This document shows, in pieces, positions 27,407-36,664 of a stretch of 64,000 nucleotides of DNA. The stretch is from an uncultured Acidimicrobiaceae bacterium (GTDB taxonomy: Bacteria > Actinomycetota > Acidimicrobiia > Acidimicrobiales > Bog-793). Where the stretch lies: positions 89,103-153,102 of the forward strand of contig CAVRYE010000005.1 of assembly GCA_963725355.1 (NCBI GenBank), written 5' to 3'. Under the pieces are notes generated by a model. The model ran no database searches, had not been told where the DNA came from, and worked only from the letters and a program-made list of their open reading frames with translations. Both the position numbers and the translations under genes were made by a program. Every line of letters begins with the position of its first letter. Position 1 is the first letter of the stretch.

Positions 27407-29197
27407 ATGGCGGTGTTCGAGAAGGTGCTCGTGGCCAACCGCGGCGAGATCGCAGTGCGGGTCATCCGGACCTGCCGCGAGCTCGGCGTAGCTACGGTCG
27501 CGGTCTACTCCGAGCTCGACGAGAACGCCTTACATGTCCGCCTCGCCGATGAGGCCTACGCCCTCGGCGGCCAGACACCGGCTGAGAGCTACCTCTCCTT
27601 CGAGTCAATCTTGGACGCCCTGGCCCGCAGCGGGGCTGACGCAGTCCACCCCGGCTACGGCTTTTTGGCCGAGAACGCCGCCTTTGCCAGGGCGGTGGCA
27701 GGCGCGGGTGCCACCTTCATCGGGCCGCCCCCGAGCGCCATCGAGACCATGGGCGACAAGATCAACGCCCGGCTGGCAGCCACAGCAGCAGGCGTCGCCT
27801 GTGTCCCCGGACGCAGCGAGCCGGTCATGGACCCCGCCGAGATAGTGGCCTTCGGCGAGGAGAACGGTTGGCCCGTCGCCATCAAGGCCGCCTTCGGCGG
27901 CGGTGGCAGAGGGATGAAGGTGGTTTTCGGACCAGACGAGGCCGCCCCGGCCATGGAGTCCGCCCAGAGGGAGGCGGAGTCGTCCTTCGGTCACAGCGAG
28001 GTCTACCTCGAGCGCTATCTAGCCTGGCCTCGCCACATCGAGATGCAGGTCTTCGCGGACTCGCGGGGCAACGCCGTCTGGCTCGGTGAGCGGGACTGCT
28101 CGTGCCAGAGGCGACACCAAAAGCTCCTCGAGGAGAGCCCGGCACCGCGGTTCGCAGACGAGGTCCGTCGCGCCATGGGCGCGGCCTCCGTGGAGATCTG
28201 CCGCGCCTGTAGCTACGAGGGAGCCGGAACAGTCGAATTCCTCTACGAGGACGGCAGCTTCTATTTCCTCGAGATGAACACCCGGCTGCAGGTCGAGCAT
28301 CCGGTCACGGAGGCCTTGACGGGGCTCGACCTCGTCGAGTGGCAGCTACGCGTGGCGGCGGGCGAGGCGCTGCCCTTGTCCCAAGACGACATTGTCGCCT
28401 TGAGCCGCGGGCACGCCATCGAGGTGCGAGTGAACGCAGAGGACCCTTCAGGCGGCAAGTTCCTACCTAGCCCCGGCCAGATAACGAGGTTGCGCCTTCC
28501 CGAAGGCTTCGGGGTCCGTTCCGACTCCGGATTCGAGGCCGGCGACACAGTCAGTCAGTTCTACGACAACCTCGTGGCCAAGATCATCGTCTGGGGCCGC
28601 GACCGCGACGCGGCGCGGCGCAGGCTGCTGCGGGCCTTGTCCGAAATGGAGCTCGAAGGAGTAGCGACAACCGTCCCCGCCCTTGAGGCGATCGCCGTTG
28701 CCCCCGCCTTTGTCGAGGCCACGCACTCGACGCGTTGGATCGAAGAAGGCCTCGACCTGTCGTTGCTGCCTGTATGGGCCCTCGGCCCAGCTGCGATACC
28801 TGCGGGGCCGCCCGGCGATGAGGCCATGGTCGTTCGCGAGGTGGACGCCGAAGTCGAGGGACGCCGCTATAGGGTCAAGCTCTGGGTGCCCGACACATCC
28901 CCCGCTGGCCGGCGCGCCTCGAGGGCCAAGAAGGCGGCCGTGACATCGAGGCCGCATTCGTCCGCGGCGCCGCCGCTGCCAGCAGACGGCAAGATCGCCG
29001 TCCCGATGCAGGGCACGATCATCAAGGTGCTCGTGAAACAGGGCGATCTCGTCGAGCTCGACCAGACCCTTTGCGTGCTGGAGGCGATGAAGATGGAGAA
29101 CCCGATCGGCTCGGACCGGGCGGGAAGGGTGAAGGAGCTTCGGGTCTCAGTCGGTGACTCGCTCGGCGCGGGTGACGTCGTGGCGGTGATCGAGTGA
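27407..29197 (+). CDS. accA: acyl-CoA carboxylase alpha subunit (biotin carboxylase + BCCP)
   Basis: [22 protein letters not shown], an ATP-grasp domain and the C-terminal biotinylation motif EAMKMEN. Confidence 0.93.
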   Translation: MAVFEKVLVANRGEIAVRVIRTCRELGVATVAVYSELDENALHVRLADEAYALGGQTPAESYLSFESILDALARSGADAVHPGYGFLAENAAFARAVAGAGATFIGPPPSAIETMGDKINARLAATAAGVACVPGRSEPVMDPAEIVAFGEENGWPVAIKAAFGGGGRGMKVVFGPDEAAPAMESAQREAESSFGHSEVYLERYLAWPRHIEMQVFADSRGNAVWLGERDCSCQRRHQKLLEESPAPRFADEVRRAMGAASVEICRACSYEGAGTVEFLYEDGSFYFLEMNTRLQVEHPVTEALTGLDLVEWQLRVAAGEALPLSQDDIVALSRGHAIEVRVNAEDPSGGKFLPSPGQITRLRLPEGFGVRSDSGFEAGDTVSQFYDNLVAKIIVWGRDRDAARRRLLRALSEMELEGVATTVPALEAIAVAPAFVEATHSTRWIEEGLDLSLLPVWALGPAAIPAGPPGDEAMVVREVDAEVEGRRYRVKLWVPDTSPAGRRASRAKKAAVTSRPHSSAAPPLPADGKIAVPMQGTIIKVLVKQGDLVELDQTLCVLEAMKMENPIGSDRAGRVKELRVSVGDSLGAGDVVAVIE

Positions 29198-30372
29198 GTG
29201 ATCAGGCCAGCGGGGCGAAGGCCCAGGCGAGGGCCGCCATCGACGCCACCGCCCAGAGCCTGGTAGAGCTCTCCCACAAGATCCACGCCCACCCCGAGCT
29301 CGCCTTCGAGGAGGAGCTCGCCTCGAGCTGGTGCGCCGAGGCGCTGAGTGCCAGTGGCTTCGACATCGACATGGGCATCTGTGGGCTGCCGACCGCCTTT
29401 GCTGGCAGGGCAGGCAGCGGGCCGCTCACGGTGGCGATCTGCGCCGAGTACGACGCCCTCCCCGACATCGGTCACGCTTGTGGGCACAACGTGATCGCGG
29501 CGTCCGCCGTCGGCGCCGCCGTCGGCCTGGCCCCGCTCGCAGACGACCTGGGCATCACCGTTCGCGTCCTCGGTACGCCGGCCGAAGAGGGCGGCGGTGG
29601 CAAGATCCTCATGCTCGAGCGGGGCGGATTCGACGGGGTCAATGCCGCCCTCATGGTGCACCCGGCGCCGAGCGAGCTCGACCGCATGCCCTGCCTGGCC
29701 GTAAGCCACTTCGACGTCCGCTACACAGGCCGGGAGGCACACGCCTCTGCCTACCCTGAGCGCGGCATCAACGCCCTCGACGCCATAACGGTCGCCCAGG
29801 TGGCGATCGGCCTTTTGCGCCAGCACGCCAGGCACCACGACCAGGTGCACGGCATCGTCACTTCCGGCGGCGTCGCCCCAAATATCGTCCCGGGCCTCGC
29901 CGTGGCGAAGTTCTATGTGCGCGCCGAGACCCTTGCCGCCCTCGAGGCATGGGAAGAGAGGGTCTTGAGGTGCTTCGAGGCGGGCGCCCTCGCCACCGGG
30001 GCATCGCTGGAGATCGTGCCCCAGGGCCCCAAGTACTCAGAGTTCGTCACCGACGAGGAGATGGCGGCCTACTACCGGGCCAACGCCGAGTCCCTCGGCC
30101 GCGCCTTTCCCAGCGGCGAGGAGGCCTCCCTGTCTGCTTCGACCGACATGGGCAACGTCTCGCTCGTGGTGCCCTCCATCCACCCGCTGCTCGGCATCGA
30201 CTCCTTGCCGGCGGTCAACCACCAGGCCGGATTCGCCGCCGCGGCCGCCCGGCCCGCGGCGGACCGTGCCCTGCTCGACGGTGCGATGGCCATGGCTATG
30301 ACGGTGATCGACATTGCTAGCGAGGAGGGCGCCAGGCAGCGCCTCCAAGCAAAGGCGTTTCGCCACTTTTGA
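29194..30372 (+). CDS. M20-family amidohydrolase (M20D-like)
   Basis: 392 aa with [17 protein letters not shown] and [13 protein letters not shown] overlap with the accA stop. Confidence 0.8.
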   Translation: MSDQASGAKAQARAAIDATAQSLVELSHKIHAHPELAFEEELASSWCAEALSASGFDIDMGICGLPTAFAGRAGSGPLTVAICAEYDALPDIGHACGHNVIAASAVGAAVGLAPLADDLGITVRVLGTPAEEGGGGKILMLERGGFDGVNAALMVHPAPSELDRMPCLAVSHFDVRYTGREAHASAYPERGINALDAITVAQVAIGLLRQHARHHDQVHGIVTSGGVAPNIVPGLAVAKFYVRAETLAALEAWEERVLRCFEAGALATGASLEIVPQGPKYSEFVTDEEMAAYYRANAESLGRAFPSGEEASLSASTDMGNVSLVVPSIHPLLGIDSLPAVNHQAGFAAAAARPAADRALLDGAMAMAMTVIDIASEEGARQRLQAKAFRHF

Positions 30373-30392
30373 GGCGCTGTGCCCGGACCGGC

Positions 30393-32006
30393 TCACCTGT
30401 TCGGGCGGTACTCCCCGAAGACCTCGCGCAGGACATCTGACACCTCTCCGAGCGTCGCCCGGCGTTTCAGGGCCTCGCGCATCGGCACGAGAAGGTTCTG
30501 GGTGCCGCGGGCGGCCGCGCGGACCTCGTCGAGGGCGGCGTCCACACCGGCTTGGTCACGTGACGCCCTGAGCGCTGAAAGCCGATCCACCTGGCCCTTT
30601 TGCAGTGCCGGGTCGATAGGGAACACCTCGGGCTCGCCCGCGTCCTCTTCGACGAAGCGGTTGACGCCGACCACCACTTGGTCACCGGATTCGACGGCCT
30701 TTGCGTAGTCGTAGGCGGCCATCTCGATCTCGTCTTGCATGAACCCGGCCTCTATCGCCGCCACGGCGCCACCAAGGGCGTCTATGCGGGCGATGTAGGC
30801 GAGAGCGGCGTTCTCGACCTCGTTGGTCAGGCTCTCGAGGAAGTATGAGCCCGCTAGAGGGTCGACAGTGTCGGTGACGCCCGACTCGAAGGCGATGACC
30901 TGCTGGGTCCGCAGGGCAAGCTTCGCCGCGTGCTCGGTCGGGAGCCCGAGCGCCTCGTCGAAGCCGTTCGTGTGCAGGCTCTGGGTGCCCCCGAGCACAG
31001 CTGAGAGCGCCTGTAAGGCGACGCGGACGACATTGTCGTCAGGTTGCTGAGCCGTAAGAGTCGAGCCCGCGGTCTGGGTGTGGAACCGGAGGCGCTTGGA
31101 CTTGTCGTCTCTCGCCCCAAAGCGCTCTGTCATTATGCGGGCCCACATCCTGCGGGCCGCCCTGTACTTCGCCACCTCTTGGAACAAGTTGTTGTGGGCG
31201 TTGAAGAAGAACGAGAGCCTCGGGGCGAAGCTGTCGACCTCGAGACCGGCCTCGAGCGCGGCCTGCACGTATGCGATGCCGTTCGACAAGGTGAAGGCCA
31301 GCTCCTGCACCGCCGTCGAGCCAGCTTCGCGGATGTGGTAGCCGGAGATCGAGATCGTGTTCCAGCCTGGGATGCTCTGCGCGCAGTAGGAGAAGGTGTC
31401 GGTCACAAGCCGCATCGAGGGCCGGGGCGGGTAGATGTATGTCCCGCGGGCGACGTACTCCTTCAAGATGTCGTTCTGGATGGTGCCGCTCAGCAGGGAG
31501 GGCGCCACACCCTGCTCGTCGGCTACGAGCTCGTACAAGAGCAGGAGGATGGCAGCCGTCGCATTGATCGTCATCGAGGTCGAGACCTTGTCGAGTGGCA
31601 GGCCGTCCAACAAGGTGCGCATGTCATCGATCGAGGCCACGGCCACTCCGACCCTGCCCACCTCACCCTCGGCGCGGGGATGGTCTGAGTCGTAGCCCAT
31701 CTGGGTAGGCAGGTCGAAGGCGCACGAGAGCCCGGTCTGGCCGGCACCGAGAAGGAACTTGAAGCGCTCATTGGTCGTCTCGGCCGTGCCGAAGCCGGCG
31801 TACTGCCGCATCGTCCAGAGCCGGCCCCGGTACATGTCGGGTTGCACGCCACGTGTGTAAGGGAACGCCCCCGGCGTGCCCAGCTCTATGGCTGGATCGA
31901 ATTGGCCGAGGTCCTTAGGGACGTAGCAGGCCCGGACCTCTATGCCCGAATCGGTCCTGCGCCGAAGTTGTTCAGTAACCACATCCAGAGCGTAAGGCCC
32001 AGCCAC
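30393..32006 (-). CDS. methylmalonyl-CoA mutase-family large subunit (catalytic domain only, no B12-binding domain)
   Basis: 537 aa with [45 protein letters not shown] and [11 protein letters not shown]. Confidence 0.88.
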   Translation of the reverse strand: MAGPYALDVVTEQLRRRTDSGIEVRACYVPKDLGQFDPAIELGTPGAFPYTRGVQPDMYRGRLWTMRQYAGFGTAETTNERFKFLLGAGQTGLSCAFDLPTQMGYDSDHPRAEGEVGRVGVAVASIDDMRTLLDGLPLDKVSTSMTINATAAILLLLYELVADEQGVAPSLLSGTIQNDILKEYVARGTYIYPPRPSMRLVTDTFSYCAQSIPGWNTISISGYHIREAGSTAVQELAFTLSNGIAYVQAALEAGLEVDSFAPRLSFFFNAHNNLFQEVAKYRAARRMWARIMTERFGARDDKSKRLRFHTQTAGSTLTAQQPDDNVVRVALQALSAVLGGTQSLHTNGFDEALGLPTEHAAKLALRTQQVIAFESGVTDTVDPLAGSYFLESLTNEVENAALAYIARIDALGGAVAAIEAGFMQDEIEMAAYDYAKAVESGDQVVVGVNRFVEEDAGEPEVFPIDPALQKGQVDRLSALRASRDQAGVDAALDEVRAAARGTQNLLVPMREALKRRATLGEVSDVLREVFGEYRPNR

Positions 32007-32029
32007 GTGAGGCGCCTACCTGGCCCCGC

Positions 32030-33226
32030 TCAGCTGGCGACAAGCACCGGAGAGGACGGCGGCTGGATCGGGTGAGGCATGCACAGCTCGTCGTACTCGG
32101 CGATGACGAGCTCACCGGCGTGCTCGCCGCAGGCCGGGCAAAGGGGGTCGCGGCGGATCTTGAAGGTGCGGAAGCTCTGCTCGAGGGCGTCATAGGCGAG
32201 GAGGCGTCCGACGAGCGGGTCCCCGATGTGCAACAGGAGCTTGATCGCCTCCACCGCCTGGATCGATCCGATGATCCCGGGCAGCACGCCCAGCACACCG
32301 GCCTCGGCGCACGAGGGCGCCAGCTCGGCGGGGGGTGGCTCGGGTACCAAGCACCGATAGCAGGGCCCCTCGTAAGGGTAGAAAACGGTCGCCTGCCCTT
32401 CGAAGCGGAAGATCGAGCCGTGCACGACAGGGATCTTCTTCACAAGGGCGGCGTCGTTAAGCAGGTAGCGGGTCGGGAAGTTGTCCGTTCCGTCGACGAT
32501 CACGTCGTAAGAGCCAATGATATCGAGGACGTTGTCCGCCCCGAGGCGCACGTCGTAGGTGACGACGTCGACGTCGGGATTCATGGACGTCAAGGTCTCC
32601 TTCGCCGAGTCGACCTTGCGCTCGCCGACGCGGCTCAGGTTGTGGAGGATCTGGCGCTGGAGGTTCGACGCATCGACAACGTCCATGTCGACGATGCCGA
32701 TCGTGCCCACCCCGGCGGCGGTTAGGTACAAAGCGGCGGGAGACCCGAGCCCACCGGCTCCGAGCAGTAGGACCTTGGACTCCAAGAGACGCTGCTGGCC
32801 GGCTTCTCCGACCTCGGGCAGGAGGAGGTGGCGCTGATAGCGGTTGCGCTGGGCCGCGTCCAACGTACGGGGGACGACCCAGTCGCGCCCCTCGTCCTTC
32901 CACTTGTTAAATCCGCCCGCCATCGAGGCGACGTCTGTGTAACCGAGCTGTCCGAGGGCCTGGGCGGCGAGTGCCGAGCGTGTGCCACCTGCGCAATAGA
33001 CGACGATCTTGTGTTCCTTGGCGGGCACACGGCCTTCGACCTGGAGCTCGAGCATGCCTCGGGGGAGGTGGACCGCACCCGGGACCGCTCCCTGGGCGTA
33101 CTCGTCGGCTTCCCTGACGTCCAAGAAGAGAGCCTGGTCACCGAGGGCTTCGGCGTGGGCGGGGTCGATCTCGACGATGGCCTCTTTGGCCTGGCTCAAC
33201 AGTTCCCTGAAACTCGCCACGAGCAA
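32030..33226 (-). CDS. rhodanese-ThiF/MoeB-type adenylyltransferase/sulfurtransferase (MoeZ-like, reversed domain order)
   Basis: N-terminal rhodanese (FLDVREADEY...VVYCAGGTRS), then ThiF (LLLGAGGLGSPAALYLTAAGVG, DASNLQRQ) with CYRC...CPAC zinc cysteines. Confidence 0.85.
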   Translation of the reverse strand: MLVASFRELLSQAKEAIVEIDPAHAEALGDQALFLDVREADEYAQGAVPGAVHLPRGMLELQVEGRVPAKEHKIVVYCAGGTRSALAAQALGQLGYTDVASMAGGFNKWKDEGRDWVVPRTLDAAQRNRYQRHLLLPEVGEAGQQRLLESKVLLLGAGGLGSPAALYLTAAGVGTIGIVDMDVVDASNLQRQILHNLSRVGERKVDSAKETLTSMNPDVDVVTYDVRLGADNVLDIIGSYDVIVDGTDNFPTRYLLNDAALVKKIPVVHGSIFRFEGQATVFYPYEGPCYRCLVPEPPPAELAPSCAEAGVLGVLPGIIGSIQAVEAIKLLLHIGDPLVGRLLAYDALEQSFRTFKIRRDPLCPACGEHAGELVIAEYDELCMPHPIQPPSSPVLVAS

Positions 33227-33340
33227 CCCTTTCTTTCCAAAGCTCCTGCAATTAAAACACTACCAGTCAGCTCAACATTCCAGATTGGGCTGTACGGAGC
33301 GGCCCGCTCGGACATCTTCCCGTCCGTTAGCGTCCGCCTC

Positions 33341-33955
33341 GTGCAACTAGACGAGGTCGTACGCCGCCGGCGGATGGTGCGGAGCTTCTCGGACGCCCCC
33401 GTGCCGCCCGAGCTCCTCGACAGGGTCCTTCAGCTGGGCTTGCGGGGGCCGTCGGCGGGGTTCAGCCAAGGAGTCGACCTGCTCGTGATCGAGGGACGAA
33501 CCGAGACAGAGCACTTCTTCGAGCTCACGAGCGATCGCGGGTTCATCTCCGAGCCGGGCGCTATCGCCGGGATACGCCGGGCGCCTGTGATCGTGCTCCC
33601 CCTCGCCGACCCGGCCGCCTACCTCGCCCGCTACGCGGAGGTGGACAAGGCGCGCTCCGGCCTCGCCGGGCTGGCGGCAGCGGACTGGCCTGTGCCCTAC
33701 TGGCTCGTGGACGCGTCCTTCTCCGCCATGTTGATGCTCCTGGCGGCGCGAGACGTCGGCCTGGGCGCCCTCTTCTTCCGCTTGCATCAGGACCCAGGCC
33801 CGCTGTTGGCTGCCCTAGGCGTGCCGGAGGGCAGGCAGGTCATCGGCGCCCTCGCCCTCGGCTATGAGAAGCAGGATCCGGAGGCCTCCACCGCTTCGCC
33901 GGCGCGTCGCGCGAGGCGGCCGATGAGAGAGGCGGTGCACCGGGGGGGCTGGTAG
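33341..33955 (+). CDS. nitroreductase family protein
   Basis: GTG 33341 lies in the frame of track ORF 32828..33955. Motifs RRRRMVRSFSDAPVP and PSAGFSQG. The upstream part of the track ORF is antisense to the rhodanese-ThiF gene. Confidence 0.75.
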   Translation: MQLDEVVRRRRMVRSFSDAPVPPELLDRVLQLGLRGPSAGFSQGVDLLVIEGRTETEHFFELTSDRGFISEPGAIAGIRRAPVIVLPLADPAAYLARYAEVDKARSGLAGLAAADWPVPYWLVDASFSAMLMLLAARDVGLGALFFRLHQDPGPLLAALGVPEGRQVIGALALGYEKQDPEASTASPARRARRPMREAVHRGGW

Positions 33956-35122
33956 CTATGGTCGCCCGGCACTCACGAGACCGTCGAAGTAGATCTTCGT
34001 CAAAGAGACGTTCGTCCCCGGCTCGGCTGCCTGGATCACAGTCTCGACCCCATAAGGGCCCGAGCCGAGGTACATGACGACATGTGAGATCGCCCCTGAG
34101 CCGTCGTTCGCAAAATGATAGAAGAGCAGGTCACCTGGTTGTAGGTCGTCCAAGGAGACCGGGGTCGACTCCTCCCACTGAAGCGTCGCCGAGTGAACGA
34201 TCGAGTACCCCGCAGACGCCCATGCGAGCATCGTGAGGCCGGAACAGTCGACGCCCGCCTTGCCGGCGCCTCCGAAGACGTAGGGGACGCCGAGGAACTC
34301 AAGGGCCGTTCGTGCCGCCTTCAGGCCTGCGGCTGGAGTCGCGACACGAGTGGCGATTGTCCCGGCGAGGTCCGGTCCCAAGTACGGGCTTCCCGTCGGG
34401 GAGGGTAAGAAAAGCCGTTCGAACTCCTTGCGGCCGACGAGGCGGCGCAGCTTGTGGCTGATGGAGGCGTACTTCTTCGCAGCCGTGGCGATGAGAGAGC
34501 GTGCCCTAGCCCGCAAGGCGGCGATCTTGGCCAGGCTCACTGCGATCTGACCAGCGTCCTCGACGGCGGCCATCCGCGACTCGTGCACCGCCTCCGCCGC
34601 CGTTGTGTACATGGCCACGGCGTGGTGCAACTGGCTGAGCGCTATGCCCGAGTACACCTGGGCCATCTGGCCTTGGGACTCGTCATCGGAGAGCACCCCT
34701 GCGTTGACGTCCATCAGCTCGCCGCTCACGTAAGCCACAACCGCCGCACGGCGAAGACGCGTACTGGCCCCGGCCAGCTCAGAGTCGGCGACGACGACTT
34801 GTCTGTCGAGCTCAGCCACCTCGAGCCGGGCCTGTGCCGCCTTGTAGCACTCGGTGTCGTAGCGCTCCGAGAGCGCGGCCGCCTTCTGGTCATCCGAGGT
34901 GACCGCGGCCGCCGCCTTCAGCAGTCGGGTCAAAAGTGGCTTGGCCTTGACAGGAATGCCCGAGGAAGACTTTGGCCGCTTATGGCGAACCGCCCTGGCG
35001 TACGCCGGGCCGGCTTTGGCGCTGGTCGTTCCCCGCGGCGGAGCTGCCAGCGCGACCGATGAGATCGCGAGCGTCAGAGCCGCCACCAAGACAGCCAACG
35101 CCAGGCTCTGCGGGCGCGACAT
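33956..35122 (-). CDS. NlpC/P60 (C40) peptidoglycan endopeptidase with N-terminal coiled-coil (RipA-like)
   Basis: Signal peptide, a long Ala-rich helical region and a C-terminal domain with VPYVFGGAGKAGVDCSGLTMLAW...HVVMYLG. Confidence 0.88.
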   Translation of the reverse strand: MSRPQSLALAVLVAALTLAISSVALAAPPRGTTSAKAGPAYARAVRHKRPKSSSGIPVKAKPLLTRLLKAAAAVTSDDQKAAALSERYDTECYKAAQARLEVAELDRQVVVADSELAGASTRLRRAAVVAYVSGELMDVNAGVLSDDESQGQMAQVYSGIALSQLHHAVAMYTTAAEAVHESRMAAVEDAGQIAVSLAKIAALRARARSLIATAAKKYASISHKLRRLVGRKEFERLFLPSPTGSPYLGPDLAGTIATRVATPAAGLKAARTALEFLGVPYVFGGAGKAGVDCSGLTMLAWASAGYSIVHSATLQWEESTPVSLDDLQPGDLLFYHFANDGSGAISHVVMYLGSGPYGVETVIQAAEPGTNVSLTKIYFDGLVSAGRP

Positions 35123-35216
35123 GCCGCCACCCTAGCGCGGTAGTTTCCGTCACCCCAAGTGTCGACTCAAGTGCTCAGTGCGGTTGCCCGGTGATCACAA
35201 ACTGACGACCGGCCCC

Positions 35217-35987
35217 TCAGCCAGCGGTCACCGCGAATCGGGGAGGCACTCCGACGAGGCGGTCGAGAACAGACGCGAGCGCCTCTCTCGTGGCCCAGTC
35301 CACGTCCCGAAGCCGTTCGGCTCGAGCGTGTCCCCAGCTCGTCGACTCGACGAGGCCCACCAATGACTCCGGGCTCGTCCCTGAGCCGAAAGGAAGCTTG
35401 GAGCGAAGCTCGGCAGCGTAGGGTTCGTGATGGTCAGGCGGAACCTTCCTGAGCCCTCGGAGCAAGTCGCGCGCCGCCACGCGCAGCTTCTCCTCGGCCG
35501 GAGCCGATTCACCCCAAATGCTCTCAAGCAGCACGAGACTCCCAGCAGGGGCGGCCTGGTGCCAAGCCTCCAAAGCCAACTCTGGCTCTGGCAGGGTCCA
35601 AACGACGTGGCGTTCGACAATGGCATCAAAGCTCTCCCGAGGGGGGTCCGCCGCGTTGGCTTCCACGAGTGCGATCTCGAGCCCACGGCTTCGCGCCTTG
35701 TCACCGAGACGTGCGAGCATGCCCGGGGCGAGGTCCAATGCCGTCACCCGGTAGCCCTCGCGAGCCAACAACAGGCTCAAGAAACCTGTGCCGGCACCGA
35801 TGTCGAGCACACGGGCAGGTGGGGACGGGAGCAGCCGGCGCAAACTGGCCGCCCAAGCCGCAAGCTCCAAGCGGCTCTGCGGGTTGTGCCCTACGGCACC
35901 GTCGTAGGTGGCGGAGTCGAGGTCCCAGTACTCGCGAACCTGGGTTTCGATCTCGCTCGTCCGAGACATCCCTCGCTCCCCTTTCAC
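35217..35987 (-). CDS. class I SAM-dependent methyltransferase
   Basis: Motif I VLDIGAGTGFLSLLLAREGYRVTALDLAPGML. Confidence 0.85.
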   Translation of the reverse strand: MKGERGMSRTSEIETQVREYWDLDSATYDGAVGHNPQSRLELAAWAASLRRLLPSPPARVLDIGAGTGFLSLLLAREGYRVTALDLAPGMLARLGDKARSRGLEIALVEANAADPPRESFDAIVERHVVWTLPEPELALEAWHQAAPAGSLVLLESIWGESAPAEEKLRVAARDLLRGLRKVPPDHHEPYAAELRSKLPFGSGTSPESLVGLVESTSWGHARAERLRDVDWATREALASVLDRLVGVPPRFAVTAG

Positions 35988-36100
35988 CCGATGCCGGCCG
36001 GATGCTCCGGCGAAGGCTAGGACTACAACCTATTGACTTCGAGCCGGCCGGAGATCATCTGGCCTTGCTCGGGTGTGCGAGCTTGTCGACGCCCGCCCCT

Positions 36101-36535
36101 CTAAGAGGCCCGCTGATAAGCGGGGGTCGGCGCTGTGATGACAGGCAGCTCGGACAAGCGAAGCACCCGCTCCCTCACGCCGTGCCCGGAGAGCCGACCG
36201 AGGCCACGCAGCCGGCGCGAGCCGAGGATGATCGCGCTGCACTGCCACTCACCAGCAGCGTCCACGATGCGCGAAGCCACGGACTCCTCTCGTGCGCTGC
36301 ATGTCTGGCCTTGGGCACTTGTTCCCAGTCGCCGCAGGTAGCCGACCGCGTCCGCAACCAGCTTGTGTGCCTCGTCGGTGCTCTCGAGGGGTATCGACCT
36401 CAGGTTCATCGGCAGCTCGAGGACATGAAGGACACGCACCTCCGACGGCGTGTCGGCTGTCAGCCGAGCGCAGTACTCCAACGCGACCTGGCCTGAGTCC
36501 GAGCCGTCGATCGCCAGCAAATAACGACACCACAT
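36101..36535 (-). CDS. universal stress protein
   Basis: 144 aa with LLAIDGSDSG...IILGSRRLRGLGRLSGHGV. Confidence 0.85.
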   Translation of the reverse strand: MWCRYLLAIDGSDSGQVALEYCARLTADTPSEVRVLHVLELPMNLRSIPLESTDEAHKLVADAVGYLRRLGTSAQGQTCSAREESVASRIVDAAGEWQCSAIILGSRRLRGLGRLSGHGVRERVLRLSELPVITAPTPAYQRAS

Positions 36536-36664
36536 GGCTGCACCTCCAAAGGGATGTTCGTCCCCGTGCGAGACGTCATCTTTACTGTGGCGAGTTGAAC
36601 GTAAACCGGGCGTTAAACCCGGACCTATTGACGTAAAAAAAGGGTAAACGACCTGGCTTTCGGC

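Noticed and set aside
35123-35216. c-di-AMP (ydaO-type) riboswitch upstream of the NlpC/P60 gene, as seen for rpf and cell-wall hydrolase genes in Actinobacteria.
   Set aside because: Only a GGGGTGA-like fragment is present. The conserved GGGGACCCA and CCCGAACCCG...AGCTAACC blocks are missing, and the 94-nt spacer is too short. An Infernal scan would settle it.
36551-36564. DosR-like half-sites GGGACGAACATCCC (minus strand) upstream of the USP gene.
   Set aside because: Only about 12/20 positions match the DosR box, and the site sits ~15 nt from the start codon next to the SD. That is the wrong position for an activator site.
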